Positions 17,927 to 27,150 of a stretch of 64,000 bases of DNA are shown here, piece after piece. This stretch comes from Dactylosporangium sp. (GTDB lineage Bacteria > Actinomycetota > Actinomycetes > Mycobacteriales > Micromonosporaceae). The notes beneath the pieces were generated by a model. The model did no database searches. It saw only the letters and a list, made by a program, of their open reading frames with translations, and was not told the DNA's origin. Each line of letters starts with the position of its first letter. Position 1 is the first letter of the stretch. The stretch spans positions 706 to 64,705 of the forward strand of contig JABDRL010000167.1 of NCBI GenBank assembly GCA_013041765.1, written 5' to 3'. The translations under genes and the position numbers were made by a program.

Positions 17927-18225
17927 CCCATGCAGATGCAGAACGCTTCCGGTGGCCCACAGGGCTCGGCGCCCGGGTCGTCGCCGCACCGATCATCGCG
18001 TACCGTCGGTGGATAAGTCCGGCACTGCCGCCGCGTTGCCGGTTTTATCCCTCGTGCAGTGTCTATGCCCTTGAGGCGATCACGGTGCACGGTCCGATCC
18101 GCGGGCTCGGCCTTGCGCTTTGGCGGCTTCTGCGCTGCCACCCCTTCCACCCCGGCGGGTTTGACCCGGTGCCCAACCGCGCCAACGCCGCCCAGAGCCG
18201 ACGTGACCGGAGCGCGAAGCTATGA
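17923..18225 (+). CDS. yidD: Membrane protein insertion efficiency factor YidD
   Basis: ..[61 protein letters not shown]. It overlaps the rnpA stop by 4 nt. Confidence 0.92.
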   Translation: MTHADAERFRWPTGLGARVVAAPIIAYRRWISPALPPRCRFYPSCSVYALEAITVHGPIRGLGLALWRLLRCHPFHPGGFDPVPNRANAAQSRRDRSAKL

Positions 18226-19247
18226 AGCTGTTGAGCGAGTTGATGGCCGGGCTGTACTGGACCATCTCGCAGATCCTGCTGTTCTGGCATGGACTGTGGG
18301 ACAAGGTGCTGCCGGACAAGGCAATACTCGGGACCAACTGGCAGTGGATCCTGGCCATCGTCTTCCTGGTCATCACCATCCGGGTGGTTCTGTTTCCGAT
18401 CTTCGTGAAGCAGATCAAGTCGCAGCGGGCGATGCAGGCGATCCAGCCGAAGATGAAGGAACTCCAGGATAAGCACAAGGGCGACCGGGAGACCATGCAG
18501 AAAGAGCTCATGGAGCTCTACCGCAAGGAGAAGGTCAACCCGCTCATGGGCTGCCTGCCCATGTTCCTCCAGGTGCCGGTCTTCCTGAGCCTTTTCCACG
18601 TGTTGCGGTGGATCAGCGGGCGGGACAAGCCGATGCTGTACGGCTGGACCAAGCCCCTGTACGACAGCGCCGCGGACGCCCGCCTGTTTGGTGTGCCGAT
18701 TCCCGCGAAATTCAGCTCCTCAGCCGCGGAGCTGACCCTGCTGGGCGCCAACGGCCTCACCGTCAAGATCGTAGCGGCGACACTCGTTCTGATCATGATG
18801 TTGACGACCTTCCTTACCAGCCGGCAGATGATTCTGAAGACCGGCTGGTCGGCGGAGCCGCAGCAGCGCATGATTCAGAAACTGATGCTGTACGGCATTC
18901 CGGTGTCGCTGCTGATTTCCGGCGGCCTCTTCCCGCTCGGCGTGATTATCTACTGGGTGATCAACAACTTGGTGTCGCTGGGTCAGCAGGCCTGGGTGCT
19001 GCACAAGTACCCACCACCGCCAAACGCGCTCAAGACGACCAAACCAGCCGCGGGCGGCGCCAAGAAGACCAGGCCGGCTGCGGGCGGTGCCAAGAAGGCC
19101 GTGTCCGGAAGGGCCAATGGCAAGGTGACGGGCAAGCCGAGCGTCGGCAAGGCCGGCACAACACCCGCGATTGAACGCAGAGCAGCAGCACCGAAGCCAG
19201 GGGCAAAGCCCGTGAACCCGAAGAAGAGCGGCCCGAGCAAGCGGTAG
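18222..19247 (+). CDS. yidC: Membrane protein insertase YidC
   Basis: ..[75 protein letters not shown].., followed by a basic C-terminal tail. Confidence 0.93.
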   Translation: MKLLSELMAGLYWTISQILLFWHGLWDKVLPDKAILGTNWQWILAIVFLVITIRVVLFPIFVKQIKSQRAMQAIQPKMKELQDKHKGDRETMQKELMELYRKEKVNPLMGCLPMFLQVPVFLSLFHVLRWISGRDKPMLYGWTKPLYDSAADARLFGVPIPAKFSSSAAELTLLGANGLTVKIVAATLVLIMMLTTFLTSRQMILKTGWSAEPQQRMIQKLMLYGIPVSLLISGGLFPLGVIIYWVINNLVSLGQQAWVLHKYPPPPNALKTTKPAAGGAKKTRPAAGGAKKAVSGRANGKVTGKPSVGKAGTTPAIERRAAAPKPGAKPVNPKKSGPSKR

Positions 19248-19376
19248 GCGATGCCTGGCGGGGGTGCAGCGACCTATGTCGATGCGGCATCACGACCGGC
19301 CCGCCTCGGGGCTTTCACCCCTCACGAACGTCCTGTGACGGCGCGACAGGCGCCCTGAAACTGCGGAGATGAGATC

Positions 19377-20090
19377 GTGACCGAAACCACCAGTACCTCG
19401 GCGAGTCCTGGACCTGACTCTGACGAGGCCAACAGCGCCGACTCCCGGCCGGCAGCGGCTCCGCACGCTGTCGAGGTCGTCGAGGTCGACACACCGGACA
19501 CACCGGCCGAGGCCGATGCGACCGCCGAGGCCGAGGAATCCGAGACGGCCGAGACGGCCGAGACGGCCGAGACGGCCGAGACCAGTACCGCCGCTGAGGG
19601 GAAGAACCGGTCGGCGGACCTGTTCCACGAGAGCGAAGTGGGCGCCGACTACGTCGAGGGCCTGTTGGATGTTCTGGACCTGGACGGAGACATCGACGAG
19701 TTGGTGGTCGGCGGGCGCCCGATGGTGGAAGTGATTGAGGGCGGCACGGGGACCAATCGCAAGTTGCAGGCCCTGGTCGGCACCAGAGGCGCGACGCTCG
19801 AAGCGCTCCAAGAGCTGACCCGCCTGGCCGTGTACCGGCAGACCGGCACACCCAGCCGCCTGCTGCTGGACGTCGGCGGATACCGCGTTGCCCGTCGCAA
19901 GGAACTGACCGCCGTAGCGAAGAACACCGCGCAACAGGTCAAGGAACTCGGCGAGCAGGTTCGGATGGAGGCGATGTCGGCGTTCGAGCGCAAGTGCGTG
20001 CACGACGTCATCAACGCAACGGCGGGCATCGAGAGCGAGTCCGAAGGTGTCGAGCCGAACCGTCGGATCATTGTGCGGCTGAGCAGCTGA
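19377..20090 (+). CDS. jag: Jag/KhpB-type RNA-binding protein (KH plus R3H domains)
   Basis: The N-terminus is acidic with (AET)n repeats. It continues ..ALVGTRGATLEALQELTRLAV.. (KH-like) and ..MSAFERKCVHDVINATAGIESESEGVEPNRRIIV (R3H). It occupies the yidC-jag-rsmG position. Confidence 0.88.
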   Translation: MTETTSTSASPGPDSDEANSADSRPAAAPHAVEVVEVDTPDTPAEADATAEAEESETAETAETAETAETSTAAEGKNRSADLFHESEVGADYVEGLLDVLDLDGDIDELVVGGRPMVEVIEGGTGTNRKLQALVGTRGATLEALQELTRLAVYRQTGTPSRLLLDVGGYRVARRKELTAVAKNTAQQVKELGEQVRMEAMSAFERKCVHDVINATAGIESESEGVEPNRRIIVRLSS

Positions 20091-20842
20091 TGGCCGAACC
20101 AGAATACGAGAGCGCCCCCGACATCGTCGGGGGCGCTGTTGTCAGGGGCGGGGGTGTGCCACCGGACGCGGCCGACGAGGAAGGCGCGGCCCGGCTTTTT
20201 GGCGAGCGCATGCCGCTGGCATGCCGGTATGCCGAACTCCTGTCGACAGCGGGGGTCCTGCGAGGACTGATCGGGCCACGAGAAGCACCTCGATTGTGGG
20301 AAAGGCATCTGCTGAATTGTGGCGCGGTAGCGGAGTTGATCCCTTACGGGGCTTTTATCACTGATATCGGATCTGGGGCCGGATTGCCGGGTATCGTGCT
20401 TGCGGTGGCTCGTCCAGATCTGAACGTCACGCTGGTTGAGCCACTCGCGCGACGGGCCACATTCTTGACGGAAGTTGTTGAGGATCTGGAGCTGGTGAAC
20501 GCCAGCGTGCTGCGGGCTCGGGCGGAGGACTGCGTCGAAGCGGTCGACTTGGCCGATGTGGTGACGGCTCGGGCGGTCGCATCGCTTGACCGACTCGCGG
20601 CCTGGGGCCTGCCCCTGGCCGCGGTGGGCGGCAGGCTTTTGGCGATCAAGGGCGCCTCCGCCGCCGAGGAAGTCGCACAGCACCAAGCGGCTGTCCACCG
20701 TGCTGGAGGGACCGCACCACGGATTCGGCGTTGTGGAGCGGACCTGCTTGCGACACCCGTGACCGTGGTCGAAGTCGTGCGTCAACGAAACGGGTCACCG
20801 GTTCGGTCGGACCGTCCACGGAGGGGCCGAAACCGACGGTAG
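20090..20842 (+). CDS. rsmG: 16S rRNA (guanine527-N7)-methyltransferase RsmG (GidB)
   Basis: ..LIGPREAPRLWERHLLNCGAVAELIPYGAFITDIGSGAGLPGIVLAVARPDL.. (SAM-binding motif). ATG 20090 overlaps the jag stop. The listed ORF start at 19994 lies inside jag. Confidence 0.9.
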   Translation: MAEPEYESAPDIVGGAVVRGGGVPPDAADEEGAARLFGERMPLACRYAELLSTAGVLRGLIGPREAPRLWERHLLNCGAVAELIPYGAFITDIGSGAGLPGIVLAVARPDLNVTLVEPLARRATFLTEVVEDLELVNASVLRARAEDCVEAVDLADVVTARAVASLDRLAAWGLPLAAVGGRLLAIKGASAAEEVAQHQAAVHRAGGTAPRIRRCGADLLATPVTVVEVVRQRNGSPVRSDRPRRGRNRR

Positions 20843-21115
20843 TCGTCGGGGCGGTAGCGCGGCCCCGGCGCTGGCAGTGGGGGCGCGTATGGAGGCCATT
20901 CGGCGAGCCGGTCTGGGCTGGCCCGCAGCGGCGCATCGGCGTCTCGGTTCCTGGCTGCGGTTCGCGCCCGGCAGGGTGGTATACCGTTCCACCCCCAACC
21001 AGTCCGGCGTCGGATCCGGCGTCGGGTCCGGGCGAGACAGCGACGCCGGCCGGCAGTGCACCTCTGTCGGGTGGCCAGGCGTGGCTTGCTCAGTAAACGA
21101 TGCTGTGGGTGCGAC

Positions 21116-21131
21116 CGTTTCACGTGAAACC
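21116..21131. promoter_or_regulatory. parS site 1
   Basis: cGTTTCACGTGAAACc has a 14-bp perfect palindrome (21117-21130) matching the core of the consensus TGTTTCACGTGAAACA. Confidence 0.85.
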
Positions 21132-21299
21132 AGGCCGGAGGGCCTTCACCTGACCTCGTCAGTGCAGCAGCCGAGCGGTACTGTTGACGCCCGTGCCACC
21201 TCCTTCCCCGCTAGCCCTGACCGGGGCGGCGGCCGACCGAAGCAGGGCGCGGTTCGAACGGAGGCTCGAACGGACTCCGGTCCGGTCGCCGTTGTCGCG

Positions 21300-22223
21300 A
21301 TGCCCCAGCAGCCTGCCCGCAGTCGCGAGGTTTCACGTGAAACCGAGGATCCACCGCTAGCACAGGAGGCCAAGCGAGCCGTGCAGATCCTGAATCCCAG
21401 CGGCGAGGTCACCATGCCGCGCCCATCCCATCGCCGCGTCATCGGTGTCGCCAACCAGAAAGGCGGCGTCGGGAAGACGACGACGGCGGTGAACATCGCC
21501 GTAGCGCTCGCACTCCACGGCAATCGCGTGCTCGTGATCGATCTTGATCCTCAGGGCAACGCGTCGACCGGGTTGAACGTGCCGCACCACGCGGGCATCT
21601 CGAACGTCTACGACTGCCTGATTGAAGGGGCGCCACTGGACTCGGTGACCCAGCCGGTGGAGGGCATCCCGAACATGTGGGCGGTGCCGGCGACCATCGA
21701 CCTGGCCGGCGCGGAGATCGAACTCGTCTCCGTGGTGGCCAGGGAGTCCCGGCTGCACCGCGCGATCAACGCTGCGGCTTCGGAGTACGACTACGTCTTC
21801 ATTGACTGCCCGCCGTCGCTCGGGTTGTTGACCGTGAACGCTCTTGTCGCGGCGGAGGAAGTTCTGATTCCGATCCAGTGCGAGTACTACGCCCTGGAAG
21901 GGGTCCAAGCCCTGACGAGCAACATTGATCTGATCCGCTCGCATCTCAACCCCAAGCTCTACATCTCCACCGTGCTGCTGACGATGTACGATCGCCGAAC
22001 CCGGCTGGCGGATCTGGTGGAACAGGACGTCAGAAGTTACTTCGGCGACAAGTGTCTGAACGCTGTTATCCCCCGCAACGTTCGGGTCTCCGAGGCCCCG
22101 AGCTACAGCCAATCGGTCATGACATATGACCCCGGCTCCCGGGGAGCCATGAGCTACTTCGACGCGGCGCTGGAGATCGCGGTTCGCGGTACGCAGGTGA
22201 CTTCCCAGGGAGGCACGGAGTGA
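21300..22223 (+). CDS. parA: Chromosome partitioning ATPase ParA/Soj
   Basis: ..[45 protein letters not shown] (deviant Walker A) ..[16 protein letters not shown].. The start is uncertain. ATG 21300 gives [28 protein letters not shown].., resembling other actinobacterial ParA N-termini. The open frame extends back to 20877. Confidence 0.9.
   Translation: MPQQPARSREVSRETEDPPLAQEAKRAVQILNPSGEVTMPRPSHRRVIGVANQKGGVGKTTTAVNIAVALALHGNRVLVIDLDPQGNASTGLNVPHHAGISNVYDCLIEGAPLDSVTQPVEGIPNMWAVPATIDLAGAEIELVSVVARESRLHRAINAAASEYDYVFIDCPPSLGLLTVNALVAAEEVLIPIQCEYYALEGVQALTSNIDLIRSHLNPKLYISTVLLTMYDRRTRLADLVEQDVRSYFGDKCLNAVIPRNVRVSEAPSYSQSVMTYDPGSRGAMSYFDAALEIAVRGTQVTSQGGTE
21329..21344. promoter_or_regulatory. 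parS site 2 (inside the parA 5' coding region)
   Basis: gGTTTCACGTGAAACc has its palindrome at 21330-21343. It encodes the V-S-R-E-T pentapeptide, which also occurs near the N-terminus of M. tuberculosis ParA. Confidence 0.85.
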
Positions 22224-23338
22224 AGAGCAACCGGCGAGGTGGGCTCGGTCGGGGGCTGGGCGCACTGATCCCGACCGGCCCGGCGGTGCCGCCGCAAGGG
22301 ACGCCCATGGTCCCGACGGCGGTGCCGGCGCCGCCGGCACCGCCACCGGCTCCGCCGGCGGGAACGGTCACTGGGGACCCCGAGTCTGGCCAGGCCGCGG
22401 CCGTTGACGCGCCGGCAGCGGCTCTGGAAGCCCCAGAGGCTCCGGCGGTCGCCGAGCCAGCGGAATCACCGGACGGCAGGGACGACCGCCTGGCTCCCGT
22501 GCCCGGCGCGCATTTCGCCGAGATCCCCGTCCGGGCCATCCTGGCAAATGGCAAGCAGCCACGGCAGGTCTTCGACGAGGACGCCCTGGCGGAGTTGAAG
22601 GCGTCCATCGAAGAAGTGGGCTTCCTCCAGCCCATCGTCGTGCGCGAACTGGACGGCGAGCACTTTGAGCTGGTCATGGGCGAGCGACGATGGCGGGCAG
22701 CCCAGTCCCTCGGCCGCGAGTCGATTCCGGCGATTGTCCGGGAGACCCGCGACGACGCGATGCTGCTGGACGCCCTGCTGGAGAACATCCACCGGGTGAA
22801 CCTCAACCCGCTGGAGGAAGCCGCCGCATATCAGCAACTCCTGGAAGAGTTCGGGGCGACTCACGAGGAACTGGCCAAACGGATCGGGCGGAGCCGTCCC
22901 CAGATTTCCAACACCATCCGTCTGCTGAACCTGCCGGCACAGGTCCAGCGGCGGGTGGCTGCGGGCGTGCTGTCGGCCGGGCACGCCCGGGCACTGCTCA
23001 GCCTGGACTCGGTGGAGCGGCAGGAGGACCTGGCCTATCGGATCGTCGCGGAAGGTCTGTCGGTTCGGGCAACCGAGGAACTCGTGACGCTGACGCTCGC
23101 CGAGGGCAACGACAGCCGGAAACCAGCACCGACGCAGCGTCGCGCGAAGCCAACGGCTCCGGGCCTGACCGAGCTGGCCGACCGGCTGTCCAACCGGTTC
23201 GACACCAGTGTCAAGGTGGACCTCGGGCGACGCAAAGGAAAGATCACTATTGAGTTCGCCTCGATTGACGATCTGGACCGGATCGTCGACATCATCGGCA
23301 TGCACGGCGGGGACAACGACGGTGACCCGGTCGACTGA
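22220..23338 (+). CDS. parB: Chromosome partitioning protein ParB/Spo0J
   Basis: ..[55 protein letters not shown].. (ParB box), an HTH ..[27 protein letters not shown], and GTGA start/stop overlap with parA. Confidence 0.95.
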   Translation: MKSNRRGGLGRGLGALIPTGPAVPPQGTPMVPTAVPAPPAPPPAPPAGTVTGDPESGQAAAVDAPAAALEAPEAPAVAEPAESPDGRDDRLAPVPGAHFAEIPVRAILANGKQPRQVFDEDALAELKASIEEVGFLQPIVVRELDGEHFELVMGERRWRAAQSLGRESIPAIVRETRDDAMLLDALLENIHRVNLNPLEEAAAYQQLLEEFGATHEELAKRIGRSRPQISNTIRLLNLPAQVQRRVAAGVLSAGHARALLSLDSVERQEDLAYRIVAEGLSVRATEELVTLTLAEGNDSRKPAPTQRRAKPTAPGLTELADRLSNRFDTSVKVDLGRRKGKITIEFASIDDLDRIVDIIGMHGGDNDGDPVD

Positions 23339-23376
23339 TCCGAGCCCTTGGCAATATCCACAGCAGTTATCCACAG

Positions 23377-23406
23377 GACGTCATGTTTCACGTGAAACAT
23401 GACGTC
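23377..23406. promoter_or_regulatory. parS site 3: perfect 16-mer consensus within a 30-bp perfect palindrome
   Basis: gacgtcaTGTTTCACGTGAAACAtgacgtc. The 16-mer lies at 23384-23399 and the whole 30-mer is self-complementary. It begins 39 bp after the parB stop and could also act as a transcript-end hairpin. Confidence 0.9.
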
Positions 23407-23612
23407 AGACTGGGTGTGGGCCTGTGGATGACGGACCGTTCGGTGTCATGTTGATCAATGAAAGCGGCGTCGGTTGCGGCGTTCCACGGCGAGCCCTGGA
23501 GCGGCGAGTGTGGCCAGGTCACGCCCACCGCGCTACACCCGGAAGAGTCCCTTCCCCGGGTTTGCGATGTTCGGCTGACGACACTCCGGCCCGGGTCCGA
23601 TAGGGTCGGCCC

Positions 23613-24482
23613 GTGTCCGACAATCCCCCACTGCCTCCATACGCCGAGTGGCCGTCATTTCCCTTCGAAGGTGACCTTCGACTGAAGTCCCTGGACGAAC
23701 CGGTCGAGATCGAACCTTCGCGGCATGGCGAGAACCCGGCGGACTGCCTGGCCTGTACCGCCCCGGATGAGAACTACATCTGGGTCAGCGAACGCTGGCG
23801 TGTGCGCAGTCTCGACCATCCGACCGGCCTGCCTGTGGTGCTGATCCTTGAGCCGCGGTCTCATCTTGATCTTGGCGATCTGCCGAATCTGCTTGCCGCA
23901 GAACTCGGTGTCATGACCGTCCGGGTCGAGCGGGCGATCCGCTCGCTCGACGGCGTCGCGCGGGTTCACGTCAGCCGGTGGGGCGATGGGGCGGCACACT
24001 TGCACGTCTGGTTCCTGGCCCGGCCCCACGGGTACCTCCAGCTGCAGGGCTCGTTCCTGTCCATGTGGAATGACATTCTCCCGGCCGTGCCGGAAGAGCC
24101 GTGGCGGGAGAACCTCGCGCTGGCCGCGGCCTGGCTGGCGGAGTTCGGCGGGACGGCACTCGCGGAGCCGCCCCGGATTCACTGGACGGCTCCGTCCCGG
24201 TTCGAGACCGAGCAGGAGGCCGCCGCGGCCGCTGAGGGCGGTGCCCCGGCCGTAATGGTCAAGGCGAGCACCAAGGACACCGCTCGGGACACCGCGCGTG
24301 CTGCCGGGGCGGGTCCGTCGGGCCCGGGAGAGGCCATCGCATTGCCCGATCCCGTGGCGGTGCTGCCCCCGGATGCCGCGGCAGCTCCGATCGCCGTCCG
24401 GTCCGCTGTCCCAGCCCCGGAACCCGCCGCCGATGCCCCCGGAGCGCCAGCCGATCCGGGTAAGGCCCTGGGCACGCGCTGA
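23613..24482 (+). CDS. Conserved hypothetical protein, HIT-fold-like N-terminal domain plus Ala/Pro-rich tail
   Basis: The layout resembles HIT hydrolases: CLAC..YIWVSERWRV..PVVLILEPRSHLDLGDLP..GVARVHVSRWGDGAAHLHVWFLARP. The histidine triad reads H-L-H-V-W, so the third His is replaced by Trp. Confidence 0.6.
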   Translation: MSDNPPLPPYAEWPSFPFEGDLRLKSLDEPVEIEPSRHGENPADCLACTAPDENYIWVSERWRVRSLDHPTGLPVVLILEPRSHLDLGDLPNLLAAELGVMTVRVERAIRSLDGVARVHVSRWGDGAAHLHVWFLARPHGYLQLQGSFLSMWNDILPAVPEEPWRENLALAAAWLAEFGGTALAEPPRIHWTAPSRFETEQEAAAAAEGGAPAVMVKASTKDTARDTARAAGAGPSGPGEAIALPDPVAVLPPDAAAAPIAVRSAVPAPEPAADAPGAPADPGKALGTR

Positions 24483-24672
24483 ACAACCCCGGCCGGCGGT
24501 GCCGGGCCGGAGCCGCACTAGCAGCTACCGTGCCAGCTACGCAGAGTGTGGTCATAACCTCATGCGGTGGGTGATTCGAACGGTTGTCTCCCCGGACGTT
24601 CCGTTTTCGCGTATTATCTGCGCTGGGACGAGGAGGCAAGCGCGTGGCTGAGCAGTACCGATCCGTGGAGAT

Positions 24673-25350
24673 GTGCCAATGTCGCGACGTCTTGTCAATC
24701 TGACGCTGGACACCTTGGAAGACCTGCCTCTCCCCTGCCGACAGTGCGTCTTCTGGGAACTCGACCCCGTCGCGGCCGAGCGAGCGTGCGCCACCGGCGA
24801 CCCCGCCCTGGAGAAGGAAGCCTGGGTGTCTCAGACGCTGCTGGAATGGGGTTCCTGCGGCAAACTGGTCTACGTCGACGGGATGCCCGCGGGCTTCGTC
24901 ATGTTCGCGCCCCCCGCGTACGTGCCCCGGTCGATGGCGTTTCCGACCTCTCCGGTGTCGCCGGACGCGGTGCTGCTGATGACGACGCACATCGTCGAGC
25001 CGTTCATCGGTGGTGGCCTCGGCAGGATGCTGGTCCAGGGCGTTGCCCGAGACCTGACCAAGCGCGGGGTGAAGGCCGTCGAGGCGTTCGGGGATGCCAA
25101 GTACGACGAGGACGTGGACGACCAGCACGGTTGCCTGGCTCCTGCGGACTTCTTCCTGTCGGTCGGCTTCAAGACCGTACGGCCCCATCCGAGATTTCCC
25201 CGGCTGCGGCTGGAACTGCGTACCGCCCTGTCGTGGAAATCCGATGTCGAGTACGCGCTGGAGAAGCTGCTCGGCTCGATGAACCCGGAAGCCCTGCTGC
25301 GGCCGGTGCGTCCGGCGACCCGGTCGGCCCTCCGGGCGATTGCCCCCTGA
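24673..25350 (+). CDS. GNAT-family N-acetyltransferase-like protein
   Basis: ..LLMTTHIVEPFIGGGLGRMLVQGVARDLTKRGVKAVEAFG.. is a GNAT motif A-like Q/RxxGxG/A segment. The N-terminal part is CxxC-containing (PCRQCVFWELD). The start could be GTG 24673 or ATG 24679. Confidence 0.6.
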   Translation: MPMSRRLVNLTLDTLEDLPLPCRQCVFWELDPVAAERACATGDPALEKEAWVSQTLLEWGSCGKLVYVDGMPAGFVMFAPPAYVPRSMAFPTSPVSPDAVLLMTTHIVEPFIGGGLGRMLVQGVARDLTKRGVKAVEAFGDAKYDEDVDDQHGCLAPADFFLSVGFKTVRPHPRFPRLRLELRTALSWKSDVEYALEKLLGSMNPEALLRPVRPATRSALRAIAP

Positions 25351-25385
25351 ACGCCGTGGTCCTGGCGGCCATCCCGGGCGGGAGG

Positions 25386-26570
25386 CTAGGACGACGTTCC
25401 GACGCGAGCGGCCAGCAGCGTCCGGAGTTGCCTGACGTCGATTGAGCCGGTGGCGACATCGGCCTCGACCGGCAGGTACATGCGTTGAATGGCGGCCATA
25501 ATGGCCTCGACGATGCGCTCCCTGAACGCCGGAGTGACCAGCCGGGCGCGATCGGATGGGGATGTCAGGTAGCCCGCGTCGACACGGACCGCCGGCATCC
25601 ACGTCATGCGGAGCAGATCCCAGGTCTTGGCGTGGGTACGGCAGTCCTTCAGCCCTGTCCGCACGACGATTTCGCGCTGCACCAGCGCGGCGAGGCGCTC
25701 CCCGACCGTCGAGGTGGCCCCACTCATCGATCCATAGTGGTAGGTCGCAACGCCGTGGGCGTCGGAATTGCCCTGCCCGTCGAGGTGAACGGAGATGAGG
25801 AGGTCGGCTCCCAGCTCGTTGGCGAGCGCCGCCCGGGCGGTGTTGGTCAGCTCGGCTGGCCCGGATGGTCCCCGCGTCAGATGCACCCGCATGCCCGCGG
25901 CCGCCAACCGGCCCTCCAACCGGCTGGCGATATCGAATACGATCTCCGCTTCCGTCCGGCGCACGGCTCCGTCCCGGATCACCACTCCCGGATCGGTCCC
26001 CCCGTGGCCGGGGTCAATCACGATCCGCTTGCCGACGAGCGCCGGTCCTGCGGCTCGAAACGCCTCGGTCTCGCGGAGCAGCTGCGGGCGGCCCCCGACA
26101 ACCTTGCGCCCGAGCCTGCGCAGGGCTCCGATGGTCGCCGGACCGCACTGCCCATCGGAGCGCAGCCCAACCTCGCGCTGGAACTGGGCGACCGCCTTGG
26201 CCGTGCGGCGTCCGTACAATCCGTCGGTGCGACCGGCGTCGTACCCCATCTCCAGCAGACGCTCCTGAAGCTGGTGGACGTCGTCGCCGAGAATCGGATC
26301 GGCGATGACGTGGTACAGGGTGCGCTGTCCCAGCTGCCATCGGGCTGCCTCAAGCGCCCGCCACGTCTCCTCCGCGACGACGCCGTCAACAGTCAGACCG
26401 CGACGTTGCTGGAACTGCCGCACCGCGCGTTCCGCGGCCTCGTCGAACGCCATGGCACCGATGATCTTGCGGGTGTTCGGCTCGGTTCGGGCGAGTAAGC
26501 CGAGGGCAACCAGGATGCCGCAGATCTCGACGACGGCGGCGCCGCGCGTTCCGCGACGAATCGCACGCAT
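25386..26570 (-). CDS. cwlM: N-acetylmuramoyl-L-alanine amidase with two peptidoglycan-binding repeats (CwlM-like)
   Basis: Two PG_binding_1-type repeats are present (..AVRQFQQRRGLTVDGVVAEETWRAL.., ..AVAQFQREVGLRSDGQCGPATIGAL..), followed by an Amidase_3 core (IVIDPGHGGTDPG..ADLLISVHLD..). ATG 26570 is preceded by GGAGGAGG. Position next to trxA/trxB matches mycobacteria. Confidence 0.85.
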   Translation of the reverse strand: MRAIRRGTRGAAVVEICGILVALGLLARTEPNTRKIIGAMAFDEAAERAVRQFQQRRGLTVDGVVAEETWRALEAARWQLGQRTLYHVIADPILGDDVHQLQERLLEMGYDAGRTDGLYGRRTAKAVAQFQREVGLRSDGQCGPATIGALRRLGRKVVGGRPQLLRETEAFRAAGPALVGKRIVIDPGHGGTDPGVVIRDGAVRRTEAEIVFDIASRLEGRLAAAGMRVHLTRGPSGPAELTNTARAALANELGADLLISVHLDGQGNSDAHGVATYHYGSMSGATSTVGERLAALVQREIVVRTGLKDCRTHAKTWDLLRMTWMPAVRVDAGYLTSPSDRARLVTPAFRERIVEAIMAAIQRMYLPVEADVATGSIDVRQLRTLLAARVGTSS

Positions 26571-26688
26571 GAGACCTCCTCCGACCGACCAACCAACAGG
26601 AATCTGCACCGCAGCGGGGTGGGACTGAGCGAGCCTACCGCCGTCGCGTCGATGCCGTCGTTCGGGTGTCCCGCCATGATTCGGGTAC

Positions 26689-26720
26689 GGTCGTGCCCCC
26701 GCTTCCGCAGGGGCACGACC
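26689..26720 (-). terminator. Stem-loop downstream of trxA (terminator-like, no U tract)
   Basis: ggtcgtgcccc (26689-26699) and ggggcacgacc (26710-26720) form a perfect 11-bp stem around a 10-nt loop, 63 nt after the trxA stop. Confidence 0.45.
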
Positions 26721-26782
26721 GTGAACTCATCGGGACAGCCCCGATCCGTGGTGGAGTGCTCGACAGACCGGCGCGTCGGGTA

Positions 26783-27109
26783 CTACAACGCTGACTGGAT
26801 CATGCGAACCAGCTCGCTCTTCGGGCGGGTTCCCGTGACCGATCCAACGGGTTCACCGCCCTTGAAGATGGTGATGGTCGGCACGGACCTCACCTGGTAC
26901 TTCTGGGTAACGTGCGGATTCGCGTCAATATCCACCTTGACGAATGTCACCCGTTCTGCGAGGTCTGTTCCCGCTAGGTCGGTGAGGACCTTATCCACCT
27001 TGCGGCACGGCATGCACCACTCCGCCCAGAAGTCCACGACGACCGGCTTCCGCGATTGCAGCACGTCGAGGGTGAAGGTGGTATCGGTGACGGCCTTGGC
27101 GGCTCCCAT
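26783..27109 (-). CDS. trxA: Thioredoxin with a non-canonical CMPC active site
   Basis: MGAAKAVTDTTFTLDVLQSRKPVVVDFWAEWCMPCRKVDKVLTDLA..VKVDIDANPHVTQKYQVRSVPTITIFKGGEPV.. The start is taken at ATG 27109; the longest ORF starts at 27154. Confidence 0.9.
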   Translation of the reverse strand: MGAAKAVTDTTFTLDVLQSRKPVVVDFWAEWCMPCRKVDKVLTDLAGTDLAERVTFVKVDIDANPHVTQKYQVRSVPTITIFKGGEPVGSVTGTRPKSELVRMIQSAL

Positions 27110-27150
27110 GGGTCTCCCTGCTGTAGCGACTAGTGAAATTGCTGGGCATT

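Noticed and set aside
20877-21299. N-terminal 141 codons of the 448-aa parA ORF
   Set aside because: I did not annotate it as coding because third-position bias is mixed and the sequence is low-complexity. The frame is open and contains an in-frame parS, so the question is kept as a finding rather than a feature.
23035-23400. 121-aa minus-strand ORF starting MFHVKH
   Set aside because: The start codon and first residues are simply the parS palindrome read as protein. The rest is antisense to the parB 3' end.
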